Part shown: in pieces, positions 36,326-48,859 of the stretch | Numbering within the stretch: position 1 is the stretch's first letter | Layout of the letters: each line of letters opens with the position of its first letter | From: the human T2T-CHM13v2.0 reference genome, Homo sapiens | Direction: 5' to 3' (one strand) | Length of the DNA: 64,000 nucleotides | NCBI RefSeq assembly: GCF_009914755.1 | Contig: NC_060944.1 | The notes under the pieces: model-generated | The model's database searches: none | Told to the model about the DNA's origin: nothing | Seen by the model: only the letters and a program-made list of their open reading frames with translations | Translations under genes and position numbers: made by a program

Positions 36326-38359
36326 ACAATTTGGACAGCAGATCAAAAACCTTATACAATTTTAAAAGAAATATTTGTGATCATCTTTTCCTCAATCCTC
36401 AGAAAATAATCACAAGAAGTACACAAAGATTAATATCCAAAGATGCTCGTTACAACATTCTTCTAACAGCAAAAACCAGACACAACCTACAAGCCCAACA
36501 AGAGGAAAATATTTTAGTTGATATATAGGATGGAATAGTCAATTATAAAATATATCATAATGTGGTAAATTTTTAAAGGGGAGTAAGAAACAATGTGTAG
36601 TTGGACCCTGAACTTACAAAATCAGCATACAATTCTATACGCAAAATAGAGGAAGCATATATTACAAAATGAGTCATGGTTTGTCTTCTTTCATATATTT
36701 CCTACATTTTCCACCTCGACATATTTTTAAAGTTTTGACATTGAGCAAGAGGATACATTTTTAAAACAGAAATGCAAAATAAACATCATTTTTAAAAATT
36801 AATAAAAGAGGTCACTCCTCCCCATGAGTATAACCTTTACATCTCATGAGAAAGAAAACTTTTATTTTCAAATATATTTTAAATTGTGTGAGATACTTAA
36901 AATTGTGTGAGATTCTATCAACATGTGAAGCATATGTTAATTCATTCTGGTTCTCAAAACCCAAGGAAAGAATCATTCATATGGGCTTTCACCCCAAAAT
37001 CTACAGAAACCCTCTACATCCTCCAGTTCTCCTGTATCTGCCTGCCTCTGTAGTGTCTGCTCTGGTCTCTCCATCAGTGTCTCTCTTTGCTTGTGTGTTT
37101 CACGATCAGCTTCCCTTTGAACTCGACATCCTTGCCACCCCTATTCTCCCCGGGGGCTGTCTTTTCTCCTCAGTTGGCCATGATATGAAAATAGATGAGA
37201 AGCATTTATTGAACTGTCTTTGTTTTTCTCCCATTAAAATAAAACCAGATAAGTGAAATAATCTGTTTACATTTCTCTCAAAAAGAACTGCATTAAATTA
37301 CTATTGGTCCTACAGGTCACCGACCCTCCGCTGCTCAGCAGTGCCCCTCACCAGAGGCCCCCAGAAAGACATGTCCTTGCTGAGAAGTCTAGCACTTGGG
37401 CACATAAGCAGACACTGATGATAAGCTGATTAGAACTGCGAGGCAGGGTATAGTGTGGCAATGTAGAGTCTGCACAGAAGTCCCTGAGACCACACACAGT
37501 AAGTGTAAAACTTCTAAGAGGTCACAAAAACAGTATCTTGTTCTAATTCGAGGGGACCCACCTTCATACATCAGCATGAACTGAACCCAGGTGAATCTTG
37601 CCAGAACAATCACAGAAATTAGAACAATCTAAAATCAATATAAAGAGAAGTCTAGAGAGAGATGATCAGAGCTCATGAGATCCTGAAGTCAATCAAAAGG
37701 CTAAACAGGATTTGAAACCTCATCACTTAAGTAGAAAATAAAGTACCCAGCAGAGCAAAAGTGAAAGCTGTCTCCTAACTATGCAGCTCTCTCCTTTGAC
37801 AATTTAAAGGGTTCCAAGGAAACAGCTGAACCTCAGGAACAGAAAGGTATTTTTTGGTTCTGATTTTTGATGTGGAAACAGAAACACATATTTGATTTTA
37901 ATGGTTCTCAGAATGGAAATAGTGGCTTCTGAATTTAAATACAGGCAGCATCAGATCTTATTATTCTGCTATCTTTAGCCATTTTTGCCTTCATGCGTTA
38001 TTTATCATTTCACTTTCAATAACTTTGATATGTAAATTAAAGCTACTGTACCAAATGTTATGATTTAGATAAAGATCTAGAAACACTAATATTTCTCATT
38101 ACGGATTTTGCTTATCCAGCTGAATCCAACGGAATTATCCAATTTGAACCATGTAGGGGAATGTCTGGACAGAGCTCAGCAGACTTTTGAGACCATTTAA
38201 AATCCAAACCCACCACCCAAAGCTTTTCTACCGTAAGGGCTTCTCAGTTTGTTGATGTGGCACATTGTCCGGCGACTTCAAAATCATGACTCAGCTTTCT
38301 TTTTCAAATGCAGGCAGAATCATTCCCTGGCCCAGTTTGAAAAGTTCTGAGACTTCAGG

Positions 38360-38590
38360 CTCAGAAAAATAGTTAGCATAGTTGTTGATACTTCAGGCAT
38401 TATCTGCACTTACCAGCTCTGTGACCTTGGCCAAGTTATAACCTCTCTTTGCCTGAGTTTCCTTAACTGTAAAATGGGTGAAGCAATAGAACCCTCTATG
38501 AGTGTGAAATAAGAAAAGCCAAGTAAAAGTGCTGACTTAGCTCAGTCCCTGGCACATGATAAGCACTAAGTGTTAGTAAATTATTCTTCC
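38360..38590 (+). mobile_element. MIR SINE
   Basis: 'ttaccagctctgtgaccttggccaagttataacctctctttgcctgagtttccttaactgtaaaatggg'. Confidence 0.9.
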
Positions 38591-38670
38591 TGAGGCAGAA
38601 TGCTGCAGGAGTGGCTTTGCCACAGATTTAAGGATTCACTCTTTAAAGACTGAGAAATGGCCATACAGTC

Positions 38671-39364
38671 TTCAATGGACTAAATGTTTAGGTCCCCTCA
38701 AAATTCATAGGTTGAAATTCTAACCCCACGAGGTAAGAGTATTAGGAGGTGGAGGCCTTTGAGAGATAATGAGATAATGAAAGTGAAGTTCTCATGAATA
38801 GGATTCATGAATAGGATTAGTGTCCTTAAAAAGGGGCTCCAGAAAGATCCCTTGCCCCTTCCACCATGTGAAGCTCCAGCAAAAAGATGACCACTTAGTA
38901 AGCAGACACTCTCCAAACACCAGATCTGCTGGTGCCTTGATCTTGGATTTCCCAGGCTCCAGAACTATGAGAAACAGACCAGGCAAGATGGCTCACAACT
39001 GTAATCCCAGCACTTTGGGAGGCCAAGGCGGGCCTTGCCTGACTTGTGATCAGGAGTTTGAGACGAGGCTGGCCATCATGGTAAAACCCCATCTCTACTA
39101 AAAATACAAAAGTTAGCTGGGCATGGTGGTGCATGCCTGTAATACCAGCTACTTGAGGGTCTGAGGTGGAGGCATCACTTGCATCCGGGAGATGGAGGTT
39201 GCAGTGAGCCGACATCACACCACTGCACTCCAGCCTAGGCAACAGAATGAGACTCCATCTCAAAAAACAAAACAAAAAAAGAACTACGAGAAATAAATTT
39301 CTGTTGTTTATAAGCCAATCTATGGTATTTTTGTTACAGCAACCCAAACTCGAATTAAGATACA
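38671..39364 (+). mobile_element. MLT1A-like LTR interrupted by an Alu
   Basis: 'aaaattcataggttgaaattctaacccc...ctgctggtgccttgatcttgg'; end 'ttttgttacagcaaccc...taagataca'. Confidence 0.85.
38977..39280 (+). mobile_element. Alu (S/J), full length
   Basis: TSD agaactatgagaaaca (38961-38976) / agaactacgagaaata (39280-39295). Confidence 0.95.
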
Positions 39365-39809
39365 GGCTCCTAGTGAGCCCAGAGAGCCACAAAGAAAGAA
39401 AGTCTAATGACTCTCTTGACCACTCATGCTGCCTTCCATTGCCCGTCTCCTGTGTTCTGTGATAGTCAGAGTGAACATTAAGCTACCTTGGTCACTCAAG
39501 CACCTCTCAGGTGGGTTTGGGTCTCTCCGCCTGACTTCACATGTCAAGGGCTTCCTTCTGGAAACATTCGGAAGGCTTCATGAGAACAAGGTGGCCCATG
39601 AGTTCTTGTTCAGCTAATGATCCTGATACCTTGGTGAGCAAGAAAGAGCTATGGGCAGCAATGGCAAGACAGGGCAAGGAGCAATGGGAGCTGTGAGTCT
39701 ACTTCAAGGTCAATGAATTTTTCCCCAGCAGCTGCCACGTTTCTTCCCCAAATAAGTCAGAACATGAGAACTATCACTGAAAAAAAAGACTAAACATAGA
39801 CAATATTTC

Positions 39810-40280
39810 ATCTCTCAATCCATCTATTCAATCATTTACCCACTCGCTGACATATCGTTGCATCCCCTGTGCCCAGCCCTGTGAGAGAATCTGAAATCCC
39901 ATAAAGATGCCCAGGAGGCAGCCCTCATCCTTGGGGAACCTACAGGCTACTGGGGTAAAGGCCTATCAATAAACACAGCCCAGAGTGTTATGGGCCATGA
40001 AATGCTGAGCTGGGATGTTGAAAGACGGGAGAGACACAGGCAAAAAGGAGGTTCCAGGAAAGGGAATTGGCAGGTGCAAAACTGCAGAAGTGAGAGGGGC
40101 ACTATGCATTCTTCAAAGAGAAGAAGGGCCAGGAGAATGGTGTAAGATGAACTTCAGGCCTCAAGGGAACTTGGAGGCAGGCTGAAGCACTGACTGCAGC
40201 TGAGGGCAGTGGAGGGCCATCCCGTGACGCGTAGGCAGGAAAGTGACATGCTGGATTTGCATGTTAGGAAGATCGTTGCA
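39810..40280 (-). mobile_element. L2 LINE fragment
   Basis: 'caggtgcaaaactgcagaagtgagagg', 'gggcagtggagggccat...ggatttgcatgttaggaagatc'. Confidence 0.65.
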
Positions 40281-40439
40281 CCATCTTTACCCCAGTCCAC
40301 ACTTGACTTCTTCCATTGACTGGGCATCTGCGACGATGGCTACATTTACATAAATTCTGATCATCTGACCCCCTCAGAGACCCAGGGTTCCTCACACTTC
40401 AGTACTCTTTATTTCAGGTTTAGTCGAGCGGAGCAGAGA

Positions 40440-40700
40440 GGAAAAGCATCTCCCAGCTGGCTGCAGAGCTGCATTTCCAGCTGCCTGATAGATTTCACCA
40501 ATCTGCCCTCCCAGAGCCAGTGTGAACTCAACACATCCAAGGCCAAACTCATCATCTTTCCCACCAAACCAGCTCTTCCTTCTTAGTCTTCCAGTCACCC
40601 AAGTTCAAAAGCTCCTTCTTACTACCTGCTACATCCCATCCCTCACCAAGGCCTGCTGTGTCTTCCTTCAGAAATGTCCCCACCTCCTCCCTTTCCTTGC
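40440..40700 (+). mobile_element. L2 LINE fragment
   Basis: 'aactcaacacatccaaggccaaactcatcatctttcccaccaaacc'. Confidence 0.7.
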
Positions 40701-42169
40701 AGTGCCATTGTTTCACCCTGTCTCCATGTCGTGAACTCTTCCCACACTGACCCACCTGTGTCCTCTGTCCCCATCCCCCCAATCATCAGCCTGTCTTCCA
40801 TTATCAAGTCACTTCCTGCCAAAACTGGTAGACTGCAAACTCCCTGCAGTGTAGAACCGATGATCATTGGTAAGGCTTCCAAGACCCAAGTAGTTGGGTC
40901 TCAAAGAGGCTTTCCAGCAGCATCTCCTTCCTCACACTCACCTTGCTGATCCTCACACTCACCTTGCTGATCCTCCCCATTGAGCAAATCACCCAATCCA
41001 CCTATCACATCCTACTCTGGCTTCTGCTCATAGTGTCTACTGGATCAAATAGTGTTCCCCAAGAACTTATATCAACCTAGAACTTTGGAAAGTGACCTTA
41101 TTTGGAAGTAGGGTTGGATGAGATATTGAGGTAAAGCATTTAGCATGCAGTCTCATACTTAGTAGCAAAACGTATACTGGTTGACAGCATCATCGTCAAC
41201 CACAACAATCAACATCATCATCGCATTATCATTGAACTTTGTTTTAAAATACCTTGCATCAGCTACGAACACAGAGTTGCATGAATCCACCACTTGCAAG
41301 AAAAAAAAAAAAGAATAAAAGGCACCCTTCAAGATTAATGCCCCCACTAACCATGAGTACTAAGCAGGTTCTTCACGTATCAAGGACAGTGTATTATTAC
41401 CCTCATAAAATTCCTTTCTTCCTAAGAGATTAAAGAGCTGGGGAAATTTCATTCCACTCAGGTTCACAAGTCCCCTGAGAGAGAGGCAACAGGTGAGCAT
41501 CACTTTTCCATTGTCCTCAGGTGTGTCAAAGCAGAGACAAGAATCAAGGTGGCCATCTCTAGAGCTGGAGGCTGCTGTCTCCCCAGGCCTTGAGAGTTAA
41601 GAAAACGTGGGCCATCCTCCTGCTTATTCGTTAGGTATTCTTTGCCTACTCTGAAAGCAAATTAGTACGCTGCAGGGTGTTGGTTCTTATTCATTCACTT
41701 CTTCACTCATTCATTCATTCAAAATCATTGAATGAGCCTATGTTCCCACAAACTCTACTAAGCATTAGGCAGGCTACAGAGAATAAGAGGAGCCAGAGTC
41801 AAGTGTGGCCACCTAAGAAAATGCCCACGCCACAAATGGCCAGAGTCTGTCCTGTCTCCTGAATATGAATGGGGAATGCTTCTAAAACTTCACCAGTCTT
41901 ACATGTCTCCTCCTGTAATTTTTAACAGTGGAATTTAAAAATTCAACTCAACTTCAATAAATACTCCAAAAGAAGATGATCCCCCAAACAGGAGTCTTTC
42001 CTGGCCAGAAGTAAGACCCACCAGCCCTTCTGCAGCCATCATGCTCCAGAATCAAAGATACACATGAAGTGGAGATCGATGCCTCAAGTGAAGATGCTCC
42101 AAGGAATCAGAGCCTTTTATTGTTGCTCCTACCTGGACTGAAATGAATCTGAGCATAAAATGAGAGGAA

Positions 42170-43170
42170 GCTGGCAGGTATTTACAGTCATAGCAGCATT
42201 TCTCATGATGGCCCAAAATTGGAATCAACCCAAATTTCCACCCATGGATGAACAGATAAACAAAAATGTGGTTTATACATATGTGATGGTTAATACCGAG
42301 TGTCAACTTGTGTCTGTGAGGGTGTTGCCAAAGGAGATCAACATAAGTCAGTGGACTGGGAGAGGCAAACCTACCCTCAATCCGGGTGGGCACCATCTAA
42401 TCAGCTGCCATGTGACTGGAAGAAAGCAGGCAGAAGATGGAAGGACTTGACTTGCTGAGTCTTCCGGCCTTCATCTTTCTCCTGAGCTGGATGCTTCCTG
42501 CCCTCGAACATCAGACCCCAAGTTCTTCAGCTTTTGGACTTTTGGTCTTACACCAGTGACTTGCTAGGGGCTCTCAGGCCTTCAGCCACAGACTGAAGGC
42601 TGCACTGTTGGCTTCCCTACTTTTGAGGTTTTAGGACTCGGACTGGCTTCCTTGCTCCTCAGCTTGCAGATGGCCTATTGTGGGACTTCACCTTGTGACC
42701 ATGTGAGTCAATACTCCTTAATAAACTCCCCATTATATATACATCCATCCTATTAATTCTGTCCCTCTAGCGAACCCTGACTAATACAACACAGGATGGA
42801 ATATTTTTCACTCCTAAAAAGCAACAAAATTCTCACACATGCTGTAACATGAATGTACCTTGAAGACATGGAGCTAAGTGAAATAAGCCAGACAGAAAAG
42901 GACAAATATTGTATGATTACACTTAAGATGAGGTACCTAGAGTAGTCAAATTTACAGAGACATAAAGTAAAATGGTGGTTACTAGAGGCTGAGGGGAGTG
43001 GGGAATGGAGAGTTAGTGTTTAAAGGGCACAGAGATTCAGCTTCAAAAGATGAAAAAGTTTGAGAGATAGATATCGGGGGTGGTTGCCTAACAATGTGAA
43101 TGTACTTAATGCCACTTAAATGCACACTTAAAAATGGTGTGTTTTGTTATGTATATTTTAGCCACAAGGA
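42170..43170 (+). mobile_element. L1MB/L1MA 3' end split by the MLT2A LTR
   Basis: 'gatgaacagataaacaaaaatgtggtttatacata' | LTR | 'ggaatattttt...ctaagtgaaataagccagacagaaaaggacaaatattgtatgatt'. Confidence 0.9.
42282..42788 (+). mobile_element. MLT2A (A2-like) solo LTR (HERV-L)
   Basis: 'tgtgatggttaataccgagtgtcaactt...gaaccctgactaataca'; TSD acata/acaca. Confidence 0.92.
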
Positions 43171-43229
43171 AAAATAATTAGTGGGTGCAATCAGGAGACT
43201 TCTCCAAAGCCATGAGAAGAATGGGCAGT

Positions 43230-43820
43230 GCTATTAAGGATGCTGCTGGTGTCTGCTCAGTTCCCCTTTAGTGAGCTGGTGCACTCTACCCTCGCCCTGG
43301 GGAGTTGGCTCCTTGGCAGCCCACAGGAGCCACCGGGAGGTTATTCCCCCACAGACTAATCACCATCACCATGGGGATGGCCAGTGGACCTCCATGAAGG
43401 TGCAAAATATCTCTTGCCTCCAGGTGGAACTGAGTCTGTGGTGCATCTCATGCCCCAGGGCTCACCCACAGGCTTGGTTAACTTTCTTGCCCTCACCTGC
43501 TTGACCTGCCTCCCTTGCTCTTCTGAGAGCAAGCCCTCCATAAATCATTCACAGGAATCCCTGCCTCAGGCTCTGTTGGAAGGACAGTGTTCCTCAACCT
43601 TGTTTTCATTACTGCCCTCCTAAGGAGTCTTTTTATGAATTTTTTTTTCCTAATCACCCACTAACAGGTACACTGTATATCTGCTTATGTACTGTATATA
43701 TATCTCTGTGTTTTTTACTTAAAATATTGTAATTTTTTTCACTCTCTAATAACTCATTTTTATTCTTTTGGAAGTGAGTTCATCTCCTCTGAACATGCCT
43801 GGTCTACAGAACCTGAGCTA
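43230..43820 (+). mobile_element. LTR16-like (ERVL) LTR, interrupted near its 3' end
   Basis: 'cttgcctccaggtggaac', 'ccctccataaatca...gaatccctgcctcaggctctg'. Confidence 0.6.
43584..43802 (+). mobile_element. MER96B-like hAT MITE
   Basis: 'cagtgttcctcaaccttgttttcattactgccctcctaaggagtctttt'. Confidence 0.6.
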
Positions 43821-44374
43821 ACGAAGTGTGGATTCGCCTAAATGACCCATGTGTGGGGTATGGAATTGTCCCTCAAAGCATCGAGAGCTTCAAAATGATT
43901 TCTGCTGCCATCAATGCATTTTATTCACAACAAGCAACCATCAAACCAGCCAATCCAAGAAAATATAAAATCTGCCACCTCTTTTGTGCCCAGAGGGTGT
44001 GCTAAACCCTGAAGAGACAGAAAACAATGAACAAGCCAGATTCTTGAGTCTGCTTGCATGGGAAATAAAAGAACAAACAGGTGGTACAATAGCTAAGACA
44101 GAAAGTGGGGGGTACATATCTGGAAGTGGTCTACCCTACCCAGAGACCCTACCTTTTTGGAGTCTGTGGACCCTCTAGGGATACACAGAGACAACAGCAA
44201 TTCACTTTGCTGTCACAGGATAAGCACTCCTTGAAGAAGAAAAGGGAGAACTACTGCTGTTACTGACTTGTTCACTCATTAATTCACTCAGCAGACATTT
44301 CTGAGCACCTACTTTGATACCCTACACTGTGCTATCCCTGGGGATACAATACAAACGCAGCAAGACATAGGGAG

Positions 44375-44620
44375 CTAGAAGAAAGGGCTCCAGGCAGACA
44401 GAACTGGGTTTGAGTCTTCAATGGCTTTGTGATCTTGGGCAAGTTCCTTAAGCACTTATGTTCCTGATCTATGACATGAGGAGAATAATAGCAAATATCT
44501 CAAGGGATTGTTGTGAGGATTAAATGTGATACTGAACATAATAAGGCGAGGTCACTTATTGTCTTAACACACAGAAAATACTCAACACATACTAAGTATT
44601 GCTGATTCTTTCATTACCAA
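44375..44620 (+). mobile_element. MIR SINE
   Basis: 'tgtgatcttgggcaagtt...gggattgttgtgaggattaaatg'. Confidence 0.85.
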
Positions 44621-45759
44621 CTGGATACATTCCCTTCCGTCAAGTACTTGGTGGAGAGATAATGATTAAAACATAGTGCCATATTGAATCATGGGAAAAA
44701 CACATCTATTCTCTCATTTTTGGAAAAAGAGTTCCCCCTGAGGACCTGGTAACCACATGGCACTTCCCTGACATGACTCCTGGCCATTCACTCTGATGGC
44801 TGGAACCCTCCTCTCCAAGTCTGTCGCTCTGTTATCTGCATATAACAAGATAAGCCTACACTTCCAGCTCATTTGGCAGATACTATGAGGAACTAATGCC
44901 TGCAACTGTCACCATTTAGTGAAAGATTTAATAAACGGGGTATTTTTTCAAGTCCAATTTCACAAGCCAAGCTGATGTTTCATTCCCCCAGCATTAATGC
45001 TGCCACACGCACATCAAAATGGGTACCAAGGGACAGGGCATTATTTTCCAGCCACAGTGAGACACCCAGTGACTTCGGAGACCACAGCCATATATCCACA
45101 TGACCAGACGAGGAGAATTAAAATCGGCATTCCGGGGATGGCATCACCAACACTGAGTTTCAGGGGGTTATTTATTTATTATGTGATAATGGCCCAAAGG
45201 TATACACTACTCCAAAATCTGCCATGAAAATTCAAACATCTTTGTAATCCCTGTTTACAAAGCATACAGAGAAATTAAAACAGGCTTAATCGAGCAGTGT
45301 TTGTGCATATTAATGAGCCTAAATTCTAAATCTGGATTTTGGAAATAAAAAGGGTAAAAGAGGATTCATTTCAGACTAATTTGTTTTTGAATATGACACT
45401 TTGCATGTCAAATAGTATAGGGGATGTGAAAGTGGGGGCCTAGATAAGCATTTTAAAGCATTTCCACACAAAGTATGGGGCATAAGATCTGTTAAAGGAA
45501 AAGAACCACTTTCCATGGTCTACCTAAGACTTTAATGACACAAATCTCTCTTCAGTCTCCTGTGTCCTGTTCAGTGAGGGACCAATAACCGTTCTCCACT
45601 GTGACCATAGAATCCTTCTCTTTTATGCCCTGTATAAACTTTCCTTTGGCTAATCATTATTTACAATGCTATAACATGAGTGCTGGGTGTCATAAGAGAC
45701 ATGTTCTTTTAACTTGTACGCTAAGGCACTTGTATCTTAGAAAACAGAGAGGTAGAGGG

Positions 45760-45950
45760 AGGCCAGCCTCCGAATTCAGAATCAGATAGACCAGAGTTCA
45801 AATCTCAGCCCTGCCTCTCACCAACTACAAGTTATTTACTCTCTCCTCCTTGCTTCACCTTCCACATCTGCAAAATGAAGTGATAATTCCTATCTTTTCG
45901 GCCAAACTTACAAAACAGAACATAGTAGGTGTGCAAAAGTGCTAACTCCA
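45760..45950 (+). mobile_element. MIR SINE
   Basis: 'agagttcaaatctcagccctgcc...catctgcaaaatgaagtgataat'. Confidence 0.7.
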
Positions 45951-46214
45951 TTCTTTGTGCTTTTCTTTGGAGCAATAATAAATCACGGAGTGACCAAAAG
46001 TATTTTACGGGTATCATAATTCAGTGAATAGCCAACACCCAATTTCCTATGGTCCATGTATGCAGGAAAGTTAAGAGAAAAATCAAAAAGATCCCAAAGG
46101 GGACACTTGGGAACAGGGATGGATATTGGGATGGGCATGAACATACACACACATGTGCCCTCTGGCTTGCTTTGCTTAGCATAAGGTGCATGATACAAGC
46201 CTGGCAGGCCTCCC

Positions 46215-46420
46215 GCACTAAATAAGAGTTAGATGTGGGACTGTGGAATCAGATATCCTGGGCTAGACTCCATGCTCTGCCCCTTACAAATGACTCTGGG
46301 CAAATCACACCAGTCACAGCACCCTTCCAGAGACTGGTGTCCTCACTGTAAATGGGGACAGCCAATGCAACCTCCCTAGCTTTGCAATTCATATAAGTTA
46401 CACCTGTCAGCAGATTCCTT
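46215..46420 (+). mobile_element. MIR SINE
   Basis: 'ggaatcagatatcctggg...tcctcactgtaaatgggga'. Confidence 0.65.
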
Positions 46421-47123
46421 TGCAGATATAAACATAAGATAAGAAAACAGGCCTGCAGGATTATGCCCCAATCAGAAAGGTTCATAGAATAAGAAAACAC
46501 ACTAAGTATTTCAAAAAGAAAAAAAAAAAAAAAGCCCACGTCCACATTGCGACATGTCCCCTCTCTCAGAATTTGACCTTAGGGATCCCAGATGGTTCCA
46601 GACCATCCCCAAGCTGAAAGCATCCTGTTCTCTCCTGAGGATTATCTGACCTGAGAGCCCCCTGCCCCCTTCACTCATAGGTCCTGTCCAAGGGGGTCTA
46701 CAGATCACACAAGAGTTCAGAGTTTGGGGACAGGGGGTATGGAGCAAGGTCCCCACTGGGACAGCTGCACCCACAGCCTCCCCCTCTTTTCCCCATGTTT
46801 CCTCCAGACCCTGGGCACTGTGGAGCCAAGAGTGGGCTGGCCATGCTGCCAAGCAGGACCCTTCCTTGCTCTGCCATCAGGCTCTGGCTTATAACAGATT
46901 CTCACTGTTCCAACCAGCCTCTCCCCTTGCCTCTGGCCCTCTCCCTCTGTTACTTCCCTCTGCTGTCTCGCCTCATCCTTCCTCCCTGGACTGTGGTCTC
47001 CCCTTTCCTTTCCCTGCCTGCATCAGCGTCCCCTCCTTTCCCTACCACAGCTCTCCATGCCTCTGTCTCGGTTGCTGTCTCTGACTCTCTGTCTGCTCAT
47101 TTCTCTAACTGCTCTAAGGCCAC

Positions 47124-47406
47124 TTTTTTTTTTTTTTTTTTTTTTTTTTGAGGCAGAGTCTCATTCTGTCTCTATCTCGGCTCACTGCAACCTCCCCCTC
47201 TTGGCTTCAAGTAATCCTCCTGCCTCAGCCTTCCGAGTAGCTGGGACTATAGGTGCATCACCACACCCAGTTAGTTTTTGTATTTTTAGTAGAGACAGGA
47301 TTTCACTATGTTGGCCAGGGTGGTCTCCAACTCTGACTTCAAGTGATCCGCCCACCTCGGCCTCCCAAAGTGCTGGGACTGCAGGCATGAGCCACCGTGT
47401 CCAGCC
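47124..47406 (-). mobile_element. AluS with a small deletion in the right arm
   Basis: T26 then antisense Alu; the 'cccaggctggagtgcagtgg' segment is absent. Confidence 0.95.
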
Positions 47407-47515
47407 CTCTCACTGCCTATCTCCTTTTATGTTTCTCTCCTTCCCTCTCTGTCAGTCTCTCATTCTCTTTCTCCTGATTTCACTGGGTATTCCCCCATCT
47501 CTGTTTCTCCCTTTC

Positions 47516-47740
47516 AGGGCAGGGACTAGGGTGAGGTTGGGGTGGTACTTGACCCAGGCACAAAATTTAAGGAGGTGCCAAAACACTCAGTAATCCAAAC
47601 AAATATTACTTTAATGTAATATTTTTAAAAATCAAAATTAATGCAAAAAAAATCCCTGTTGAACAAAGAATCAAAAATACAAGGAAAGACAGGATCTGTC
47701 CACCACTCTACTCCTTGCCCCAACCTAATCCATTCCTAGT
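47516..47740. mobile_element. MER53 (hAT MITE)
   Basis: 'cagggcagggactagggtgagg...gcacaaaatttaaggaggtgccaaaacactcagtaatc'. Confidence 0.75.
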
Positions 47741-48544
47741 CTGAAACATTATTGACAAGAACAGGTGGCTGGCCCATAGACTGTAGTTCATCCATTTAAT
47801 TTTTGTAAATATTGCATTAAAATATTATTGATCTCGATGATTACATTCTGTGTAAAGGGGCATGCTGCCTGTGTTTGGGCCCTGTGACCTTTCTGTGCGT
47901 TTCCTTCCCTGTCTCTTCTCTCATTCCTCTCTGTTTACCCTCACCCTCCTTCTCTGCTTCCGCCCAATCGCATCTCCCTCCCTCCTCCGGCCCACCTCGG
48001 TCTTGCTCTCCATCTCTGCCCAGCCCCGTGTGTGTTTGCACACCTTGTCCCTGTTATGTCTGTCTGTCTTCCCCCTCTGCATCTGTTTGTCCCCACTTCT
48101 CCCTGGGACTGACTTTCTCTCTCTCCCTTGTCACCCTCCCCACCTCTCCTCACTTGCCTGCACCTGTGGCCATCCCGTCAAGCCTGAGCACTGCCAAGAG
48201 CACAAGGAAGGACAGACGAGCTTCCTCCTGGCAGGAAAGCTGGACTGGGAGGGAAAAGCTCCAAATTCCATCCTGCCTCAGACCTCCAAATCTGCACCAT
48301 CTGCCAGCGCTCCTGTGAAGCCTATCTTGAGCAATAGATGCCCTGTGTCCCAGAGGTAGAGGAGGAGGCAGCTGGCAGATGCTGAAGTCACACGCCATGG
48401 ATAGAAGACAGTGGGCACTGAGGCAGTGCGCAGAGCAAGCCTGCTGGCAGGAGCTGGAGGTGCTGCAGTTGGGAGGGCTCAGATTCCCCTGGAAAGGGCA
48501 ATTCACCCTCCATGTGGCCATCTCAGGACAGCAACTAGAGAAGT

Positions 48545-48770
48545 GTCACAGGTGGTATCTGCCTAACGTGCCTGGATGTGTCGGGGATATCATACTCTCT
48601 GTTTAACTTAACCCTAGGTATGATTTTTCCTATTCTGCAACTGAAGGAACTGCAGTTCAGAGAGGTTGAGGGATTTGCCCACGGGCTCACAGCTTGATTC
48701 AAACTTAGAACATCTAAGGGTCCAAAAGGTCTGAAGAACCAGCCCAGGGCCCTTTCCTTTACCATGTTAT
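48545..48770 (-). mobile_element. MIR SINE
   Basis: 'gttcagagaggttgagggatttgcccacgggctcacagc'. Confidence 0.75.
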
Positions 48771-48859
48771 CTATTTAAGAACAAACTTCTCACAAACCCA
48801 GAGGAATAAGAAATAAAGGCCAAGCAACCCAATAACTCTGTGTTCATTTTTTGGAAAAC

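Noticed and set aside
46795-48359. 118-178 aa Leu/Ser/Pro-rich ORFs
   Set aside because: They arise from CT-rich low-complexity sequence and an Alu.
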